Below are positions 36,253 to 45,963 of a stretch of DNA of 64,000 nucleotides, in pieces. The position numbers were made by a program, and so were the translations under genes. The stretch comes from Candidatus Woesearchaeota archaeon. GTDB taxonomy: Archaea; Nanobdellota; Nanobdellia; Pacearchaeales; GW2011-AR1. The stretch spans positions 17,438 through 81,437 of the forward strand of contig CAZHOH010000004.1 in NCBI GenBank assembly GCA_964534185.1, in the 5' to 3' direction. Below the pieces are notes generated by a model that saw only the letters and a program-made list of their open reading frames with translations, ran no database searches and was not told the DNA's origin. Every line of letters starts with the position of its first letter. The first letter of the stretch is position 1.

Positions 36253-37937
36253 TTTCTCTTTTTTATTTCATCCTGAATGTTTTTAATAAATGTTTCTATT
36301 GATTGTTGTTTGATTTTTTTTACTCCTCTTTGTCTTAATGCGATTTTTTTTGCTTTTTGTTCTTTGTCGCCGACGACAATTATGTAGGGAATTTTCATTA
36401 GTTCTGCGTTTCGTATTTTTGTTCCTAATGGGGCTGATTCTAAGTCTGTGCCTATTCTTAGTTGCGGAAATTCTTTTTTTATTTGTTTGAAGATTTTTTC
36501 TGCGTATTTGTTGTTTCTGTCTGTGTAGTTTATTACTCTTGCCTGTATTGGCGAAAGCCATGTCGGGAGTGCGCCTTTGTAGTGTTCTAAAAGGATTCCG
36601 ATGAATCTTTCTATGCTTCCGTAGATAACTCTGTGAAGCATGACTGGGCGTTGTTCTTGAGATTTGTTGTCAATATATTTTAAGTCAAATCTTTTAGGCA
36701 TTGCAAAGTCTAATTGGATTGTTGCACATTGCCATGTTCTTTCTAAAGAGTCTTTTATATGGAAATCTATTTTTGGACCGTAGAACGCTCCGTCGCCTTT
36801 GTTTATTTTGTATTTTATTTTATTTTTTTTCAAAGTTTTTTCTAAAGTGTTTTCTGCTATGTCCCATATTTTTTCATCTCCGATTCTTTTTTCCGGACGT
36901 GTTGAAAGTTCGACGTGATAATCAAAGTTGAATATTTTGTAAGTGTTGTCAATCATTTCAATTATTTTTTTTATTTCTTCTTCTATTTGGGATTCTGTGC
37001 AGAAAATGTGGGCGTCGTCTTGTGTAAATTGGATAACTCTGAATAATCCGCCGAGAACTCCTGAAAGCTCCTGCCTGTGGACAACCCCTAATTCTGCAAC
37101 TCTTAATGGTAAGTCTTTGTAAGATTTTGGAGTTGCTTTAAAGACGAGCATTCCACCAGGACAGTTCATTGGTTTTACTGCCATTTCTTTTTTTTCATAA
37201 TTTGTTAAGAAGATATTGTCTTTGTATTTTTCCCAGTGTCCTGAAATCTGCCAGAGTTTTTTGTCTAGGATTTGAGGGGTTTTTATTTCTTGATAATCTG
37301 CTTGTTTGTGAATTTCTCTCCAGTATTTTATTAATTCGTTGAAAATTATTAGTCCGTTGTTGTGCCAGAAAACCATTCCCGGGGCGACTTCGTTGAATGA
37401 GAATAAGTCTAGTTTTTGTCCTATGATTCTGTGGTCGTTGTCTTTTAGTTTTGAAGTGTCGAGTTTTGTTTTTGAAATTTCTCTTAAAAGTTGTTTGTAG
37501 TCGTATGATTCTTCTTTTGATCTTGGTTCTATATTTCTTGAAAGTTCTGAAAGTGGGTGTCCTTTTACTTTTAGTTCAAATTCTTTGTAGTAGCCGAAAG
37601 GTGCTTTTTCTACTATTTTGAACTCCTTTTTTAATTTTGTTTTTGCGTCAGCGAGAGTTTTTTGTGCTGTGTCTGGTGATGATAGGTTTGAGCTTAAGTG
37701 AGCATAAGGATATAAGACTATGTTTTCTGCCTTGACTTGTTTTGCTATTTCTTTTACGTTTTGTATTAAGACTTTTGTTGATTCTTCGTTGTCTCCTTTT
37801 TCTACTGCGATTAGAACTACAAGAGGTTCTTTGATGTGTTTTTCTTCTTCTTCACCTTTTTCAAGTTCAATTGAGCTTAATGCTTTTTTTAGTGGTTTGA
37901 ATTTTATGTAGTCGCTGTGCAATGTTAGGATTTTCAT
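36249..37937 (-). CDS. thrS: Threonine--tRNA ligase
   Basis: Archaeal editing domain (YPYAHLS, APFGYYK, GHPLSE) plus KPMNCP, QDDAH, GAFYGPKID, WQCATIQLDF. Confidence 0.96.
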   Translation of the reverse strand: MKILTLHSDYIKFKPLKKALSSIELEKGEEEEKHIKEPLVVLIAVEKGDNEESTKVLIQNVKEIAKQVKAENIVLYPYAHLSSNLSSPDTAQKTLADAKTKLKKEFKIVEKAPFGYYKEFELKVKGHPLSELSRNIEPRSKEESYDYKQLLREISKTKLDTSKLKDNDHRIIGQKLDLFSFNEVAPGMVFWHNNGLIIFNELIKYWREIHKQADYQEIKTPQILDKKLWQISGHWEKYKDNIFLTNYEKKEMAVKPMNCPGGMLVFKATPKSYKDLPLRVAELGVVHRQELSGVLGGLFRVIQFTQDDAHIFCTESQIEEEIKKIIEMIDNTYKIFNFDYHVELSTRPEKRIGDEKIWDIAENTLEKTLKKNKIKYKINKGDGAFYGPKIDFHIKDSLERTWQCATIQLDFAMPKRFDLKYIDNKSQEQRPVMLHRVIYGSIERFIGILLEHYKGALPTWLSPIQARVINYTDRNNKYAEKIFKQIKKEFPQLRIGTDLESAPLGTKIRNAELMKIPYIIVVGDKEQKAKKIALRQRGVKKIKQQSIETFIKNIQDEIKKRK

Positions 37938-37986
37938 ATTTTTTATAGGAAGGAGTTGTTTTTAAAAGTTCTCAATTTTTCCAGAA

Positions 37987-38469
37987 TTATCTTAGTTTTA
38001 ATTTTGAAATGTAGTATGGTTTTTGAAATGTAATGTTGGCTCCTGTTTTTTCCTGCATTCTTATGCTTGAAAGGTTTTCTGGGGAAATGGTTGCCATAAT
38101 TTCATCACATCCAAGAGCTTTTGCAAGTTCTATTTGAGCTTTTTTTAATGCTGAACCAATGCCTTGGTTCCTGAATTCTGGTGCGACGTAAATTCCTTCA
38201 CCCCTGTAAATTTCTTTTGATTCAAGTCTTTCTTCTTTAGGAAATCCTATCCCTTGTACAATTCCTGAGGCATACCCAATAACTTGGGATTTTAGTCTTG
38301 CAATCCATAAGTCATAGAGATGATTCCTTAGGCTGATTAATTTCTCTAATGCTTCGTCTTCTGTAACTGGGCGTTTTAGATATATTTCATCATCTGCTTG
38401 TTTTAATGGAATAATGTCTAATAAGTCCTCATCATTTTCTACTAATCTGACAGTTAAGTCTTGAACCAT
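37987..38469 (-). CDS. GNAT acetyltransferase
   Basis: VAPEFRNQGIGSAL, N.SS..M.EK.G. Confidence 0.88.
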   Translation of the reverse strand: MVQDLTVRLVENDEDLLDIIPLKQADDEIYLKRPVTEDEALEKLISLRNHLYDLWIARLKSQVIGYASGIVQGIGFPKEERLESKEIYRGEGIYVAPEFRNQGIGSALKKAQIELAKALGCDEIMATISPENLSSIRMQEKTGANITFQKPYYISKLKLR

Positions 38470-38498
38470 AATTTTTATTTTATTAAGTACTTTATAAA

Positions 38499-38879
38499 TT
38501 ATTTGGAATATTTCTTTAGTGCTTGTTCTATTGTATGATATATTTGCTGTGTTGTTGTTATTATGAGTCCGTCTATTTCTCCATTTAATGATAAAGAGTA
38601 TGTATTGAATCTTCCTAATTCTTCTTCATCGTCTTCTTTTGTTAAGTCTATGAACTTTCCTGTTATTTCTGTTTTTTCCATGTTGGCTGAAACTTTGTCT
38701 TCTTTAGGATTGTATGTGAGAAATTCTCCTATTGTTTTTGTATTGCATTCGACAGAGGCATTGAACTTTTCTCCTAAAACCTGCACCATTCTGTTTAATG
38801 GGCCTGTTTTTGTTTGTTCTAATGTCAGGCGATTTTTGAAATCTATTTTGTGTGTTTGGAGTGTTTGTTCTAGGTCCAT
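38499..38879 (-). CDS. Hypothetical protein
   Basis: ORF with upstream TATA. Confidence 0.5.
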   Translation of the reverse strand: MDLEQTLQTHKIDFKNRLTLEQTKTGPLNRMVQVLGEKFNASVECNTKTIGEFLTYNPKEDKVSANMEKTEITGKFIDLTKEDDEEELGRFNTYSLSLNGEIDGLIITTTQQIYHTIEQALKKYSK

Positions 38880-38953
38880 ACCCTTTTTTGCAACTATAGT
38901 TATTTAAATTTTAGTATAGAAATTTTTATTAAGTAAATATTGCTTTTTTTATT

Positions 38954-39127
38954 ATGAGTGAAGTTAATAATTATGAAATTCGAATAACAGGTAATGATAA
39001 TTTTTATGGGCAATATTTGCCTTCTGGTGAGAGATTTTTAGGGCCTGGACTTTTTGATAGTCAAGGAAAGAGGGTTATTGATGATGATTTTAGTTTTGAT
39101 GAAGTAGGGGAAGATATTGTCTTTTGA
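38954..39127 (+). CDS. 57-aa hypothetical protein
   Basis: Manual translation MSEVNNYEIRITGND...GEDIVF; fills the intergenic gap, TATA-like element upstream. Confidence 0.45.
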   Translation: MSEVNNYEIRITGNDNFYGQYLPSGERFLGPGLFDSQGKRVIDDDFSFDEVGEDIVF

Positions 39128-39130
39128 ATT

Positions 39131-40195
39131 TTATTTGTTTTGTCTTAATCTTTCTGCATATTGTCTTATTAGTTGTTGGGTTTGCTCCCAAGATATGCAG
39201 GCGTCTGTTATTGATACTCCATATTGTAGGTTTTGTATTTGTTCTGGTGTTTTGGGAAAGTCTTGTTTTCCTTGATTTAGATTTGATTCTAACATGATTC
39301 CTGTTATGCTGTTGTTTCCTTGGGTTATTTGGTTTAATACATTTTCCGCTACTTGAATTTGTTTTTCGTGAGTTTTGTAGGAGTTAGCGTGGCTACAGTC
39401 GATGACTATGTTTTCTGGAAGTCCTGCTTTTTTTATTAGTTCGAGTGTTTCGCTTAGTTTTTCTGGATAGTAATTTGGTTCTCCGTTGCCGCCTCTTAGT
39501 ACTACGTGGCAGTATTTGTTTCCTTTTGTTTGTATGTTTGTGATTTTTCCGTTTGCGTTGATTCCTGGGAATTTGTGAGGATGTTCTGCAGTTACACAGC
39601 TGTCAATTGCTACTTTTATGTCGCCTGAAGTGTTGTTCTTAAACCCTACTGGCATTGATAGTCCTGAGGCTAGTTCTCTGTGTATTTGAGATTCTGTTGT
39701 TCTTGCGCCGATTGCTGCCCATGAAATTAAGTCGGCCAAGTATTGGGGTAAATCAGTTCTTAAAAATTCGTTTCCACATGGCACCCCCAGTTCATTAATA
39801 TCTAATAAGAATTGTCTGCTTGTTTCAATTCCCTTTTTTAAGTCTTGAGTGTTGTCTAAGTCTGGGTCGTATAAAATTCCTTTCCATCCTATTGTTGTCC
39901 TGGGTTTTTCTAAGTATGTTCTCATAACTATATATAATACGTCGCTGACTTCGTCTGCAAGAGATTTTAGGTTTTTTACATATTTCAGGCTTTGTTCTGG
40001 TGAGTGGATTGAGCATGGGCCACATAGGATGAGTTTTCTTTTGTCTTTTTTATCTAAAATGTTTTTTATTGTTCTCCTTGATTCTAGAACTGTTTGTTTT
40101 GCTTTTTCTGTTAAGGGGTAGGAGTTTTTTATTTCTCTAGGAGTAGGGAAATCTTCGTAGTTTTCTATATTTGCGTCTTCTAAAATTTCTTCCAT
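39131..40195 (-). CDS. aroG: 3-deoxy-7-phosphoheptulonate (DAHP) synthase, class I-alpha (AroF/G/H-like)
   Basis: GPCSIH, EKPRTTIGWKG, IGARTTESQIHRE, VGFKN, LRGG, DCSHANS, YGVSITDAC. Start assumed at MEEILED; in-frame ATGs also at 40219 and 40240. Confidence 0.95.
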   Translation of the reverse strand: MEEILEDANIENYEDFPTPREIKNSYPLTEKAKQTVLESRRTIKNILDKKDKRKLILCGPCSIHSPEQSLKYVKNLKSLADEVSDVLYIVMRTYLEKPRTTIGWKGILYDPDLDNTQDLKKGIETSRQFLLDINELGVPCGNEFLRTDLPQYLADLISWAAIGARTTESQIHRELASGLSMPVGFKNNTSGDIKVAIDSCVTAEHPHKFPGINANGKITNIQTKGNKYCHVVLRGGNGEPNYYPEKLSETLELIKKAGLPENIVIDCSHANSYKTHEKQIQVAENVLNQITQGNNSITGIMLESNLNQGKQDFPKTPEQIQNLQYGVSITDACISWEQTQQLIRQYAERLRQNK

Positions 40196-40234
40196 ACCTT
40201 TATTTTTTGAACCTAACATTTTTAAACTTATGCA

Positions 40235-40297
40235 GGACATCCAGAAATCTAAAAGAGAATAAAGTCTTCAAGAACCTGGAGTGTCCAGACTCTTATT
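40235..40297 (-). promoter_or_regulatory. Candidate attenuator: alternative hairpins and U-rich tract
   Basis: AATAAGAGTCT/AGACTTTATT stem versus GGACACTCCAGG/TCTGGATGTCC stem; TTCTCTTTT tract. Confidence 0.6.
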
Positions 40298-40358
40298 TAA
40301 AATAAAAGAAGTTGAAACTAGAGAAATTCCAAGTTGTTAAAGCTCTAGTCTTTTTCAT
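40293..40358 (-). CDS. Aromatic-rich leader peptide MKKTRALTTWNFSSFNFFYFK
   Basis: Manual translation; 7 of the last 12 codons are Trp/Phe/Tyr; directly upstream of DAHP synthase. Confidence 0.8.
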   Translation of the reverse strand: MKKTRALTTWNFSSFNFFYFK

Positions 40359-40379
40359 GGGTTTTTTATGGTGTCGGGG

Positions 40380-40394
40380 TATATAAAGTTTTTT
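40380..40394 (-). promoter_or_regulatory. BRE-TATA promoter (aaaaaacTTTATATA) for the leader/DAHP synthase transcript
   Basis: TATA ends 22 nt before the leader ATG, the near-leaderless spacing common in this window. Confidence 0.65.
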
Positions 40395-40486
40395 GGTGGT
40401 AGAAAAGTTTATAAATTAAGTAAATTGTAGTTTAGCGTGATTTTCTTTTATATGATAACTACTTGAAAGAGGTTACAATTAATAAA

Positions 40487-41251
40487 ATGGAATTTAAATA
40501 TAAGAAACTGAGTGAGAAATTTGCGAATCGTCTAGCTTTGGCTTCGCTTCTTGGTTTTGGAGCTTTGGTAGGTTATGATTCTATTGCTGAGCCAGAGGCT
40601 CGTGGGTTTGGTGCATATGTTTATGAAAGGGATTTAGAGGATATGGAGGGTAGTGAGGATTTAGAGGATAGAGTTGGAAGTGAGGATTGGGAAGAGAGGA
40701 TTTTTAATTTAGATATGATGCTTGGAGCTGTTGATGATTTAGAAGACTATACTGAAAAGTATTTGCTTCCTGAAGAACAAAGGAATGAAGATAATGTTAA
40801 GATTATTGCTGAGGCGCTTTATGCTGAGGCGCGGGGACTGTATCAGAATGAAGATTATCTTAAGAATGTTGGGAGTAGTGTGATAACTCGTGCTATGGAG
40901 AGAAATGAAAGGGTTAGTGATGTTTTGTATAATGGAGAGTATAGCTATGCAAATTCAGGGGATCCAAATAAGAAGATTGTGGGGATGGCAGAAGAGCATG
41001 CTTCTCAAAATTATAAAGATGAAAAAGCATATGAAGTTTGTTTGAAGGTTGCAAGTGACTTGGTTTATAATGGAGCTGATAAATTGCTGACTCATTATTT
41101 TGTTCGTAAGAAAAATAGTGATAATTTTCCTTCTTGGGCAAAGGGCGAGCCAGATGCTGTGATTGAACATGGCGATAGAGTAACAAGATTTTATTACTTG
41201 TCAGATAACGCTGCTAATGAGAAAGGGCAAGTTTTTAGTGGGAAAGTTTAG
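40487..41251 (+). CDS. SleB-like cell wall hydrolase (Hydrolase_2) with N-terminal anchor
   Basis: ALYAEARG, V.SSVITRA, V...EYS, THYF, PSWA, HGD..FY. Confidence 0.72.
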   Translation: MEFKYKKLSEKFANRLALASLLGFGALVGYDSIAEPEARGFGAYVYERDLEDMEGSEDLEDRVGSEDWEERIFNLDMMLGAVDDLEDYTEKYLLPEEQRNEDNVKIIAEALYAEARGLYQNEDYLKNVGSSVITRAMERNERVSDVLYNGEYSYANSGDPNKKIVGMAEEHASQNYKDEKAYEVCLKVASDLVYNGADKLLTHYFVRKKNSDNFPSWAKGEPDAVIEHGDRVTRFYYLSDNAANEKGQVFSGKV

Positions 41252-41664
41252 GCAGCTTTTTTTCTGAAGAAGTTTGAAACTTTTGAATATGCGCTTTTTA
41301 TTTTACTTTCTTTTGAATCATTGTATTTTTTCATAGCTTTAAGGGTTTGGTTCTTTTCTTGTTTTTTGTCAAGCCTTTGTTTTTCTTTAGCTAAATAACT
41401 TTTTGCTTCTTCTAAATCTGTTCTATTTCCTTTGTAATTTTCTTCTACGCTATTTATTTGTTTTTGGACAAATTCATAACCTTGTTTACTTAATTGTCTT
41501 CCCTCTTTTTGATATCTTGTTAAATGGTAAATCATTTGGTTAGCGGTTTTTTCTTTTGTAGAATTATCTTTTAATTTTGATTCGATTGTTGCTCTGTCGT
41601 TTTGTCTGTTTCTTATTCTTGTTTCATCATTTTTTCTATAGATATAATAATTGTTTGTGTTCAT
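41248..41664 (-). CDS. Hypothetical basic protein
   Basis: 138-aa ORF. Confidence 0.5.
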   Translation of the reverse strand: MNTNNYYIYRKNDETRIRNRQNDRATIESKLKDNSTKEKTANQMIYHLTRYQKEGRQLSKQGYEFVQKQINSVEENYKGNRTDLEEAKSYLAKEKQRLDKKQEKNQTLKAMKKYNDSKESKIKSAYSKVSNFFRKKAA

Positions 41665-41754
41665 AAAAAACGCAGAATATTGGTGTTTTTAAAATTAATT
41701 GTTTTAGTAATTTTTTAGAAAAAGGTTTTATAAAGTGTGGAGTATCTTATTAAT

Positions 41755-42820
41755 TATGGGAAATGTATTAATGGTAGATAATGAGAAACTTGTGAAGGAT
41801 TTTGGAGCTAGTCGTATCTTTCAGTTAAAAGATTTACCTGACTTTTATACGTTTAAGAAAGGGTTAATATACTCACATAGAGATTTTGATAAGTTTTTTA
41901 GAGCTTTGAAAAAAGGGGAAAAGTGTGCGATTGTTTCTGGGGCTAATGCTTCTGGGACACTTCATTTAGGACATAAAGTTGTTTTTGATACAAATCTTTA
42001 TTTTCAAAAAAAATATGGTGTGCCAGTATTTGTTCCTATTTCTGATGATGAAGCTTATGTTGCTGGGAAAGTTAAAACCCAGGAAGAGGCTTTAAAAAAT
42101 TCTAAAGAACTGGCAAGGCAGTTTTTGGCATATGGTTTTGATCCGCATAAAACTTATTTTATTATAGACCAGGTTTATACTAATATTTATAATTTGGCTA
42201 TAAAATTGTCTAAAAAAATAAATTATTCTGAGATTAAGGCAACTTATGGTTATTCTCCTGAAAATAATATTGGATTGCATTTTTATCCTGCTGTTCAATC
42301 TGCCCATATTCTTTTTCCTCAAGAGAAATTAGGCATAAAGCATGTATTGGTTCCGATAGGTCCTGATGAAGATGCCCATATTAGAATTTGTAGGGATATT
42401 GCTGGAAGAATTGGTTGTGAGAAACCTTCAATATTGCATCTAGCTTTTATGCCAGGAATAGACGGAACTAAAATGTCTAAATCAAAGAATAATGCTATTT
42501 TTCTAAATGAAGATAGTAAATTAGTAACTAAAAAAATTAATCGGGCTTTTTCTGGTGGGCAAAAGACGATTGAAGAACATAGAAAATTAGGGGGCAATCC
42601 TGACGTTGACATATCCTGTCAATACTTATCAAAATTGTTTTTAGATGAGAAAGAAGGAAAGAAATTATTTGAAGATTATAAGGAAGGGAAGTTGTCGAGT
42701 GGGGATGTGAAGAAAATGCTTTCTGAGAAATTAGTTAAAATGCTTGAAGGATTTCAAAAGAATGTTAAAAAGGTTAAAGATTCTGATTTGAATAAAAGTA
42801 TTATGAAAAATGAATTTTGA
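41755..42820 (+). CDS. trpS: Tryptophan--tRNA ligase (archaeal/eukaryotic type)
   Basis: SHRDFD, LHLGH, KMSKS, AFSGG...HRKLGGNPDVD. Confidence 0.95.
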
Positions 42821-42873
42821 TTGTTGAATTTTCATTGAGAAATATTTAAATATAGAGTTAATGTTATTCTATT

Positions 42874-44952
42874 ATGGATAGAAAATTGGTGATTTTGGGG
42901 TTTGCTTTTGTATTTGGATTTTTGCTTTTTTCTTCGATTAATGTAAGTGCTAATGTTTATTTTACAGGACAGCCACAGGAAGTTTATAATCTTGGTGATA
43001 GAATTGACGTCGGTTTTGGGACTGATGGGACTCCGGGTTGGTTGCAGATAGATTTGATGTGTGGGAATTTGAGTCGGATGGTGGATTTTAGATATTTGGA
43101 TGAAGAGGAGGTGGAGTCTTCGCTTAATATTCCTCTTACAAATAATTTTCTTAGGAATTTGAAAGGTGATTGTTCTTTGAAAATGACTTTTGAGGATGAG
43201 GTCAAAGAGAGTTTAGGATTTAAGATTTCTAATGAAGTGATTACTGAGATAAGTTTTAATCAGAATAGTTTTAATCCGAATGAGACTCTGATTTATACTG
43301 GTAGTGTTCGAAAGCCTAATGGAGAGGATGTTGTAGGATTTGCTGAGGTTTCTTTTAATGGTGTTGAGTTGGAAAGTGTGGTTCCTGTTAATGGTGATTC
43401 TTTTTCTGGAGAGATTTTTATTCCAGGGAATATTGCTTCTGGAAATTATGCTGTTGAGACTTTTGTTTATGAAAAGGACAAGAATGAGGAAGTGACTAAT
43501 TTTGGTTTTTCTAATGCTAGTGTTACTGTTTTACAGCAGCCAAAAAGTTTAGAGGTTGAAGTTTCTAATAGCATTACTCCTGGGGAGAATCTGGAGTTTA
43601 GTGCGATTCTTTTTGATCAGGCAGGCTATAATATTGATGCTGTTCCTGTTGAGTTTGAGATTTATAATGTTGAGGGTGAAAGAGTGTTGAATGTTTTGGG
43701 TGAGACAGGAACTTCAAGTTCTTATAGTATTAGAAAAAATGCTCCTTATGGTTATTGGAATGTAAGTGCAAATGCTAAAGAGTTATCTGATTTGAAGAAT
43801 TTTTATGTTGATAAGTATCAGGAGGCGGAGTTTGAGTTGGTTAATAATACATTGAAAATTACGAATATTGGGAATATTAATTATGATAAGCATGTTGAGA
43901 TTGGTGTTGGTAATCAGACAGAGGTTAAGAATTTGAACTTGAGTTTGGGAGAGAGTGCTGAATTTAAGCTTTCTGCTCCTGATGGGGAGTATGAAATTAA
44001 TGTTAAGGATGGAGTTTCGAGTATTACTGGGAATGTTGTTTTGACTGGAGATGCGATTTCAATTGAACCTGTTCGGCGAGGGGTTTTGGGATGGTTGAGT
44101 GGCAATTTCTTTGCTTGGATTTTTATTATTTTAGTTTTTGGTTTGTTTATCTTGCTTACCTATCGGAAAGTTGTTCAGAAAAAATTTGTTTTGAATTTTG
44201 ATAGTTTGAAATTTGGAAAGAAAAATAAAGAGGAAGGTAAACCAACTTCTATGAAAGTTAGTAAAGGAGGGGTTTTGAAAGTTGGAAGTGATGGCAAAAA
44301 GTCAAGTGTTGATAATGTAGGTTATGAAGCGAGTTCTTCACTTGTTATTGATGGACAGAAGCAGAATGCAGGGATTCTTGCTTTGAAAATTAAAAATCAT
44401 TCTGAATTGGATAAGGTGAAGGGTTCGAATGCTCATGAAGCAATTAATAAGGTTGTCGATAAGATTTCGCATAATGGGGGAAAGGTTTATCGGGCGAATG
44501 ATTATATTGTGGGGATTTTCAGTCCCAGCATTACAAAGACTTTTGATAATAGTTTGAATGCTATTAAGACTGGGAAAGAGATTTCAGATATTTTTGCAGA
44601 GCATAATAAAAAGTATAGTCATAAGATTAAGTATGGAATTGGGGTTAATGAGGGGGAAATTGTTACTAAAAAAGATAATGGGAAGTTTTTGTTTACTCCT
44701 TTGAGAAATGTTTTGTCTCAAAGCAAAATGATTGCAGATATTTCTGAGGGTGGTGTTTTGATGAGTGAGAGTTCTCAGAAAAAAGTTATGTCTAAAGTGA
44801 AGGCAATTCCTAATCAGTCTCAGAGAGGTATTAAGACTTTTGCTATTGGAGAGATTAATGATAATAGGGAGAATCAACAGTTTATTGAAGAGTTTTTGAA
44901 AAGGAATAAGGGTGATTTTAAACAATTGAGTGATTATAGGTTGAGGAAATAG
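42874..44952 (+). CDS. Single-pass membrane protein with Ig-like ectodomain and degenerate class III nucleotide cyclase-like cytoplasmic domain
   Basis: Signal peptide, beta-rich region, TM helix, then NGGKV...DYIVGIF...KYGIGVNEGEI. Confidence 0.6.
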   Translation: MDRKLVILGFAFVFGFLLFSSINVSANVYFTGQPQEVYNLGDRIDVGFGTDGTPGWLQIDLMCGNLSRMVDFRYLDEEEVESSLNIPLTNNFLRNLKGDCSLKMTFEDEVKESLGFKISNEVITEISFNQNSFNPNETLIYTGSVRKPNGEDVVGFAEVSFNGVELESVVPVNGDSFSGEIFIPGNIASGNYAVETFVYEKDKNEEVTNFGFSNASVTVLQQPKSLEVEVSNSITPGENLEFSAILFDQAGYNIDAVPVEFEIYNVEGERVLNVLGETGTSSSYSIRKNAPYGYWNVSANAKELSDLKNFYVDKYQEAEFELVNNTLKITNIGNINYDKHVEIGVGNQTEVKNLNLSLGESAEFKLSAPDGEYEINVKDGVSSITGNVVLTGDAISIEPVRRGVLGWLSGNFFAWIFIILVFGLFILLTYRKVVQKKFVLNFDSLKFGKKNKEEGKPTSMKVSKGGVLKVGSDGKKSSVDNVGYEASSSLVIDGQKQNAGILALKIKNHSELDKVKGSNAHEAINKVVDKISHNGGKVYRANDYIVGIFSPSITKTFDNSLNAIKTGKEISDIFAEHNKKYSHKIKYGIGVNEGEIVTKKDNGKFLFTPLRNVLSQSKMIADISEGGVLMSESSQKKVMSKVKAIPNQSQRGIKTFAIGEINDNRENQQFIEEFLKRNKGDFKQLSDYRLRK

Positions 44953-44985
44953 TAAAATTTAAATTGGGAGTTCTTTCTGAATTGT

Positions 44986-45285
44986 ATGGTAAAATTAGAA
45001 ATGTTAATCGATAATATTGTAGGACCTGGAGCTTTTGGGTGGATTTATCCTTATATGGCTCGCACTTCTATTAGGAAAGTATGTGAGGATATGAGTAATT
45101 CTGTTATTTCTATTAATCTTCCAGTTTATGTAACCTCTCTTTATACAGGAATGATTGCAAGTTCTGGATATATTTTATATAATGTGATAAATTCTGATTT
45201 TCCTTTAAGAGAGATGGGATTTTTAGCTGCGACAAATCTGGCTTCTTTGGGTTATGAAAAATTTGCGAGAAGAAATTCACCATAG
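44986..45285 (+). CDS. Hypothetical membrane protein
   Basis: 99-aa ORF with hydrophobic segments. Confidence 0.5.
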   Translation: MVKLEMLIDNIVGPGAFGWIYPYMARTSIRKVCEDMSNSVISINLPVYVTSLYTGMIASSGYILYNVINSDFPLREMGFLAATNLASLGYEKFARRNSP

Positions 45286-45334
45286 TTAATTTTATAAAGA
45301 ATTTGTACGATATTATTGGATAGTTGGAGAAGTT

Positions 45335-45835
45335 ATGGAAAATAGAAAACTTGGAGGTTTGTTGATTGTAATTGCTCTTTTGGTAGGAGGAATTCTTATT
45401 TATTATAATTCACAATTAACAGGAGAGGCAGTTGCAATAGGATGTTATTCTTCAGATAGTGATTGTTTGCCGATTGAGAAAAGTTTATCTTTGAGTCATT
45501 TTGCAATTGGGGTATTTTCTTTTATCCTTGCACTTGGGTTTTACCTTTTATTTTTTAATAAAACAGAGCAGGCGATTTTGAAAAGACTTGAAGATGATAA
45601 AAATCAGAAGGTTACTGGTGAAATGTTTAAATGGGTTTTGATGGCTCTTGATTCTTATGAAAAGAGGGTTATGGAAGAGGTTAAGAAGCAGGAGGGGATA
45701 ACTCAGAATACTTTGAGATTAAGGACAAATATGTCTAAAGCAAAATTGTCTTATGTTTTACAAGAACTTGAAAAAAGGAATCTTATTAAAAGAGTTAGTA
45801 AAGGTAAGACTCTTCAGGTGTTTTTGAAAATTTAA
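45335..45835 (+). CDS. Membrane-anchored winged-helix (MarR-like) regulator
   Basis: Two TM helices with an extracellular Cys pair; GITQNTL...SKAKLSYVLQELEKRNLIKR. Confidence 0.85.
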   Translation: MENRKLGGLLIVIALLVGGILIYYNSQLTGEAVAIGCYSSDSDCLPIEKSLSLSHFAIGVFSFILALGFYLLFFNKTEQAILKRLEDDKNQKVTGEMFKWVLMALDSYEKRVMEEVKKQEGITQNTLRLRTNMSKAKLSYVLQELEKRNLIKRVSKGKTLQVFLKI

Positions 45836-45963
45836 AAAGGGTTTTGAACGTTCTATTGCTTAAATTTAAAGGTTTCAGGCTTTTTTAACGGTGTTGTTCA
45901 TACCCTAAGATATATAATATGGACTATTTTAAAATAGTGATGAAAAATTTGAAAGGAGGTTTT

